A DNA stretch of 64,000 bases from Blastocatellia bacterium (GTDB taxonomy: Bacteria > Acidobacteriota > Blastocatellia > UBA7656): the NCBI GenBank assembly GCA_049273855.1, contig JBASRN010000295.1, forward strand, positions 3,931 through 67,930. The letters are read 5' to 3'. The notes beneath the pieces were generated by a model. The model saw nothing but the letters and a program-made list of their open reading frames with translations. It was not told where the DNA came from and did no database searches. The translations under genes and the position numbers were made by a program. Position 1 is the first letter of the stretch. Each line of letters begins with the position of its first letter. This document shows, piece by piece, positions 59,531-64,000 of the stretch.

Positions 59531-60364
59531 GTGTCGAGGCAAATAGACCGGCTTAAGAAAGGCGTCGTCTCTTTCTTCCTCGCGGCAGTGGCCCTGTCTG
59601 GCGCGTTCGTTGGAAAGAGCGAGGCTGCGGGTGAACCGGCCTCGCTGTTAATTCAACCCCAAGCCAGCGGCAAATTCGACCATACGTCGCAAAGACACAG
59701 TCAAATTAAATGCGATGTGTGTCATGTGCGAAGGGCCGACGCAGCCAAGCCAGTGCTCCCGGGCCACCGCGCCTGCATATCTTGTCACATCAAAGAGTTC
59801 ACTTCGACGCAGTTCGGCATCTGCTCCAATTGTCACGAAGGTATAAATGCAGTGCAACCAAAAGTGCTGACCTTCCCTGAAAGGCAAACCTTTGGAACCG
59901 AGTTCTCGCACAAGACACACGCGACTTATGTGAGCGGCGAGAAGCGGGCCGATTGCTCAAGTTGCCACGCGGTCGCCGGAGCGAGGACCACATTCCCGGC
60001 GCACCGGGAGTGCTATGTTTGCCATAAGGCTCCCGATCAGGTGAAGGCCGGCGAGAAGGTGGGAGGAGCGAGCTGCGGCGAATGCCATACAACTACCGGG
60101 AATAAGAAGCCGCCCTCCGCGATGAGCAAAGCTTACAATTACAGATTCACCCACCAGGCCCACGTACAGCGCGAAGGAATCGGTTGCACCGAATGTCATA
60201 AGGTGCTCGGTGAGACCGCTGTTCAGGTATCACTGCCGCAACTTAGAGAGCATCGTGGAGCGGCGTTTCAAGGGTGCGGTGGTTGCCACAACGGCAGGCG
60301 AGCTTTCGGCGGTGAACTGGTGAGTAACGCCTGCGCCCGCTGCCACGGAAGAAATATGATGTAG
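59531..60364 (+). CDS. nonaheme c-type cytochrome (c3/c7-like), periplasmic
   Basis: Nine CxxCH motifs in about 280 aa. Putative GTG start with a signal peptide VVSFFLAAVALSGAFVG. The track ORF at 59420 overlaps the upstream gene. Confidence 0.7.
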   Translation: MSRQIDRLKKGVVSFFLAAVALSGAFVGKSEAAGEPASLLIQPQASGKFDHTSQRHSQIKCDVCHVRRADAAKPVLPGHRACISCHIKEFTSTQFGICSNCHEGINAVQPKVLTFPERQTFGTEFSHKTHATYVSGEKRADCSSCHAVAGARTTFPAHRECYVCHKAPDQVKAGEKVGGASCGECHTTTGNKKPPSAMSKAYNYRFTHQAHVQREGIGCTECHKVLGETAVQVSLPQLREHRGAAFQGCGGCHNGRRAFGGELVSNACARCHGRNMM

Positions 60365-60568
60365 CGATCTTGTGGCAGTCCGCGATAGTTTTGTTGCGAC
60401 GACCGTACATATTCATTCCATTGAATTTTTCCGGAAGAAAAAGCGACATTGCGCTGGTGAGGGCTAACTAGCGATTGCCTTCATACGATTCGGACGTTAT
60501 AGTAGGGCCGGAAAATTCTTGTCGGAATACGCAGCAGCGAACTTGTAACCGGGTTTCGGGAGGTCGGA

Positions 60569-61360
60569 ATGATCAAACGCTTCAAGCTAACCTTTTTTGC
60601 TCTCTTCTGTTTTGTGGTTGGCGGTCAGTTCGTCTGGACGAGCGCGCAGGAGATGCCCGCCGAGAAGGCATTCAAAAACATTCAGGCGCTCAAGGGCATT
60701 CCGGCAAGCCAGATAACCCCGTTCATGGATAATTTCAACAAGGCCCTTGGGGTCAGCTGCGACTATTGCCACGTGCCGAACGCTCTCGAGAAAGGCGACA
60801 AGGCTGCCCATAAGATGTCAATCCAGATGATCAAGATGACGCGCGACATCAATCAGCGTTACCAGATCAACATCGATTGCATGTCGTGCCATCAGGGCAA
60901 GAACAAGCCGCCGCACCTTGGCCAGAGCATGAAGTTTGGGCCGGGCGGAGCCGGGGCGGGGGGCGGCCGGGACCTGTCGCAGAAAGTCCCGGACGTCGTT
61001 ACTAAGACCACCACGACCCCGCCTAAGACAACGACTCCGACCACCCAACCAACTGCTAACACCGCCGAGGCCAAAGCGGAACCGGACCCTCCCGGCAAGG
61101 TGGTCTTCAAAGCCAGCTTCGGTGCGGTTGCCTTCGATCACGGGCAACATATGAATGTCGGCGATTGCGCCAAGTGCCACCACACTGGCGAAAACAACAA
61201 GTGTGATACTTGCCATCTGCACAACAAGAAGGCGAGCGCGGCGACTCAAGTATCGTTTTATGCCGCGTCGCACGGGACCAAGAGCGAGAGATCATGCACA
61301 GGATGTCATCTGCAATCGAAGGCCGGTCCCACAAAATGCGCCGAATGCCACAAGAAGTGA
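60569..61360 (+). CDS. pentaheme c-type cytochrome (reaction-centre-cytochrome-like N-terminus + triheme c7-like C-terminus)
   Basis: Signal peptide. CDYCH, CMSCH, CAKCHH, CDTCH and CTGCH/CAECH motifs. T/P-rich linker. Confidence 0.7.
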   Translation: MIKRFKLTFFALFCFVVGGQFVWTSAQEMPAEKAFKNIQALKGIPASQITPFMDNFNKALGVSCDYCHVPNALEKGDKAAHKMSIQMIKMTRDINQRYQINIDCMSCHQGKNKPPHLGQSMKFGPGGAGAGGGRDLSQKVPDVVTKTTTTPPKTTTPTTQPTANTAEAKAEPDPPGKVVFKASFGAVAFDHGQHMNVGDCAKCHHTGENNKCDTCHLHNKKASAATQVSFYAASHGTKSERSCTGCHLQSKAGPTKCAECHKK

Positions 61361-61480
61361 AACGTCCGGCGTGAATCCAGTCGGACGAATCGGCTCGTGC
61401 GTTGACTTAATATCCGAAAGAGAATATTTTCTTGCGGTCGCCAGGTGACGGCAGGTCGGTGTTGTATCCAGGAGGAGAAC

Positions 61481-64000
61481 ATGGACGGGCGGATGCGCGC
61501 AAAGTTGGCCGTTTTGCTCTTTCTCGGCTGCATCTTCTCGCTCCTATGGCTTCCCAACAGCGCAGGGAAAGTACCCCGTCGGGCCGCTTCGTCCGGCAAC
61601 CCGCACACGACGCCGGAAAGCCTCGACCCGATCAGCTTTCATGGTTCGGCCGCTGGTCCCGACCATAAACAGAGCTCGGCTATCTCTTCATCTCAAGTCG
61701 GTGCAGACGCGCTTTTGGGGGGGACCTGCATCAATTGCCACGTGGGCATAACGCCCGCTCATACCAAGACGGCGCTCAAGTGCACCGACTGCCACGGTGG
61801 CAATGACACGGTCAATACGGGACCAAATCCCAATATTCGCGACAAGAATTTGATGAGCCAGGCTCACGTGCGCCCGAAGAATCCAAAGTTTTACTGGGCC
61901 AACGGAATAGATGATGCGTTCGCGGGAGCACCGGGCAAGGGCGACACGGAGTTTGACGTTTTCAACAATAACCTTGACCCGGTTGACAACAACAATCTGA
62001 TCGGCACGCACGTAGACGCGGAATACAGCCGTGACCTGAACTATGTTCGATTCATAAACCCAAGCGACTATCGTGTGGCGATGGTGAGCTGCGGAAGCCA
62101 ATCTCCGGCCGGTTCATCAATGTCCTCCTGTCACGGGAACATCGTGGAGGTGGCCCGCAAGAGCATCATGGCGAATAATCAAGCACAGTTCGCCACAGCC
62201 ACCTACGCCAATCACGCGCCGCTTGGTTCGACCAACGCCAACCCGTTGGGAACCAACCCGACCGGGCGCCAGAACCCAAGGGACGGAGAGGTGGGCGTGA
62301 ATGTCAATTACGATGACATTGACGGCGCTTATGATCCGAAGACCAATCGATTCGACAGCGCCAAGCTCCTGGCTATCGCCCGAAGCGATGACGATCCCTT
62401 CAATGACAACTTCGAAGCCATCGGTGCGCCTCTCGTCGATAAGGACGGTCAGAAGAAGACGGCCGTCCACGGGAGCAGCACGTTGCCCCCTTCACCCCCG
62501 ACCAACCGGTTGCGCGGAATTGGAGGCAAGCGGATCGTCGCCGCTGCGCTGCCGCGCGCGCAGAAGCAGATATTTTCCTGGCCTCGCCGCGACTCACAGG
62601 CAAATCCCAACGACCCATCATCAGCGCTGATCAAGACGGTCCTCGATCTTTACGGATTCAACGACACGGTCGGGCATCAGCCGATCGATGCCGGCTTCAA
62701 CGCCGTGCGCGCCTTTGACCCCGGTCTGTTCCCTGACAACAATCAGAACTTCCCCTTCCCGTTCGATGACAATCGACCCGACCGCATTCAGCTCGCGCAG
62801 GCCCGTAGAACCGCCAATGTGAACGATCAGAAAGAGTTCGTGCCGCCCAACCCTTTCAACCGCAATCGCAACAGCGGCTGCGCTTCGTGCCATATGCTCT
62901 ACCGGCCTGACGGCCACAACGAGGAGCCTTTCGATAAGACCGTCAGGGAGAATGGCAGACAGATAACCACCGATACGGTCACGGGCCAGCGTGAAGACCA
63001 GGGCGAGCGCGGCTATCCCGCGATTCACCAGTTGACGACGAAGATACCCACCAACCAGTGTGGCATCTGTCACGTCTTCACGACCAGAGTTGACGTGGCA
63101 TTCAAGGGAACTTTTGAGGTTGAAAACAACAACTTCAACTTCCGCTGGTCTACCGCCGCAGACGCGACGGGCAAGAACATCCCGTTCCAGTTCACCAACA
63201 CCAAGGGAACCAAGGTGAATATGTTCGATAACTTTGTGACGGTGGACGTCAATGGCCAGGTCCTTAAAGATAAGGACGGCAGAGGGGATGGGGAAGGCGT
63301 ATCGGAAGACCTCAATAACAACGGCATACTCGATTCCGGCGAGGATAAGAACAACAACGGGATGCTTGATATTCCCGACCGGCTCCAGCGCTCGGACGCG
63401 CAGGATGGTCGGCAGATGCGCATTATGTACGGCGGGGCGACCGGAAACGTTCGCTTGATGGACATTCATCTTGAAAAAGGGATGGAGTGCATTGATTGCC
63501 ACTTCTATCAAGACCTTCACGGCGATGGCAACATTTATACACGCAACTGGGACGCGATAGAGATAGAGTGCCAGGATTGTCACGGGACGGCGAAGAAACT
63601 CGCTACGCTGAAAACATCAGGCCCGAACGGCAACAATGATCTGAGGCAATCCATGGACGAAAACGGCACTCCCTTCTTCGAGATTCGCGGAGATGGATCC
63701 AGGATACAGCGCTCGCGAGTGAGAGATGGGCTTTTCTGGCGGATTCCGCAGGTCAAAGAAGCGATAACGAGGGGGAACCAACACTTCAACAGGGATGCTT
63801 TTGAAGCGATGGGCCAGAAGTCCGTTTCAAACCCGAAAGAGTTTGCGCATATCAACAACAGCAGGGAACAAGGCAAGGTAGAGTGCTACACCTGTCACAA
63901 TGCAGCCACGCCCAGTTGCTTCGCCTGCCACTACACGCAGGACTATTTCCCGAAGGTCACACCGGGCAGCACGTTAGAGATAAACAACCAACCGCGGCGC
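61481..64000 (+). CDS. large multiheme c-type cytochrome (5'-partial within window; continues beyond 64000)
   Basis: Open frame from ATG 61481 to the window end with no stop, at least 840 aa. Signal-anchor LAVLLFLGCIFSLLW. At least 8 CxxCH motifs (CINCH, CTDCH, CASCH, CGICH, CIDCH, CQDCH, CYTCH, CFACH). Confidence 0.7.
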   Translation, partial: MDGRMRAKLAVLLFLGCIFSLLWLPNSAGKVPRRAASSGNPHTTPESLDPISFHGSAAGPDHKQSSAISSSQVGADALLGGTCINCHVGITPAHTKTALKCTDCHGGNDTVNTGPNPNIRDKNLMSQAHVRPKNPKFYWANGIDDAFAGAPGKGDTEFDVFNNNLDPVDNNNLIGTHVDAEYSRDLNYVRFINPSDYRVAMVSCGSQSPAGSSMSSCHGNIVEVARKSIMANNQAQFATATYANHAPLGSTNANPLGTNPTGRQNPRDGEVGVNVNYDDIDGAYDPKTNRFDSAKLLAIARSDDDPFNDNFEAIGAPLVDKDGQKKTAVHGSSTLPPSPPTNRLRGIGGKRIVAAALPRAQKQIFSWPRRDSQANPNDPSSALIKTVLDLYGFNDTVGHQPIDAGFNAVRAFDPGLFPDNNQNFPFPFDDNRPDRIQLAQARRTANVNDQKEFVPPNPFNRNRNSGCASCHMLYRPDGHNEEPFDKTVRENGRQITTDTVTGQREDQGERGYPAIHQLTTKIPTNQCGICHVFTTRVDVAFKGTFEVENNNFNFRWSTAADATGKNIPFQFTNTKGTKVNMFDNFVTVDVNGQVLKDKDGRGDGEGVSEDLNNNGILDSGEDKNNNGMLDIPDRLQRSDAQDGRQMRIMYGGATGNVRLMDIHLEKGMECIDCHFYQDLHGDGNIYTRNWDAIEIECQDCHGTAKKLATLKTSGPNGNNDLRQSMDENGTPFFEIRGDGSRIQRSRVRDGLFWRIPQVKEAITRGNQHFNRDAFEAMGQKSVSNPKEFAHINNSREQGKVECYTCHNAATPSCFACHYTQDYFPKVTPGSTLEINNQPRR

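Overview
This is a high-GC (about 60-65%) bacterial chromosomal window with dense coding on both strands. I found no rRNA, tRNA, CRISPR array or recognisable transposase/integrase. The gene content suggests an Acidobacteriota-like soil organism (inference): tricorn protease, S46 dipeptidyl-peptidase, a giant TonB-dependent receptor with a CarboxypepD_reg N-terminus, and many CxxCH proteins.

Four parts stand out from housekeeping and secreted-peptidase genes.

(1) 23.6-33.2 kb: six tandem paralogous genes for secreted proteins. Each has an N-terminal single-heme cytochrome c domain (CxxCH, planctomycete-cytochrome-C-like) fused to a domain carrying both copper type II (PHM/DBH-like) monooxygenase signatures (H-H-[IV]-x-A-F and H-x-F/x-x(3,4)-H-M-H-x-R-G, plus a downstream E/D-x-M-M). 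I interpret these as self-contained heme-copper monooxygenases of unknown substrate.

(2) 33.39-34.52 kb: a low-GC (about 48-50%) single-gene insertion immediately after the array. It encodes a TIR domain fused to a sugar-nucleotidyltransferase-like domain, a candidate novel defence or signalling protein. A 3' remnant of a seventh array paralog lies just downstream and marks the insertion breakpoint.

(3) 49.6-64.0 kb: a redox/signalling cluster. It contains two caspase-like (C14) secreted proteins; a double-cNMP-binding, four-cluster ferredoxin membrane protein; one polypeptide spanning FHA, a transmembrane helix, seven periplasmic CxxCH hemes, a second transmembrane helix, a 4Fe-4S ferredoxin and an FAD/NAD(P) oxidoreductase domain; and three more multiheme cytochromes. 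The last cytochrome gene (61481 to beyond 64000) runs off the window and is missing from the ORF track.

(4) Accessory items: a DUF4258 plus Zn-ribbon toxin-antitoxin-like pair, a Uma2 endonuclease, a pentapeptide-repeat gene broken by an in-frame TAG, a class A beta-lactamase beside a signal-peptide-bearing truncated haemoglobin, a Tat-signal amidohydrolase, and a sulfotransferase/Asp-beta-hydroxylase pair.

The many long antisense ORFs in the track are GC-rich shadow frames and were not called.
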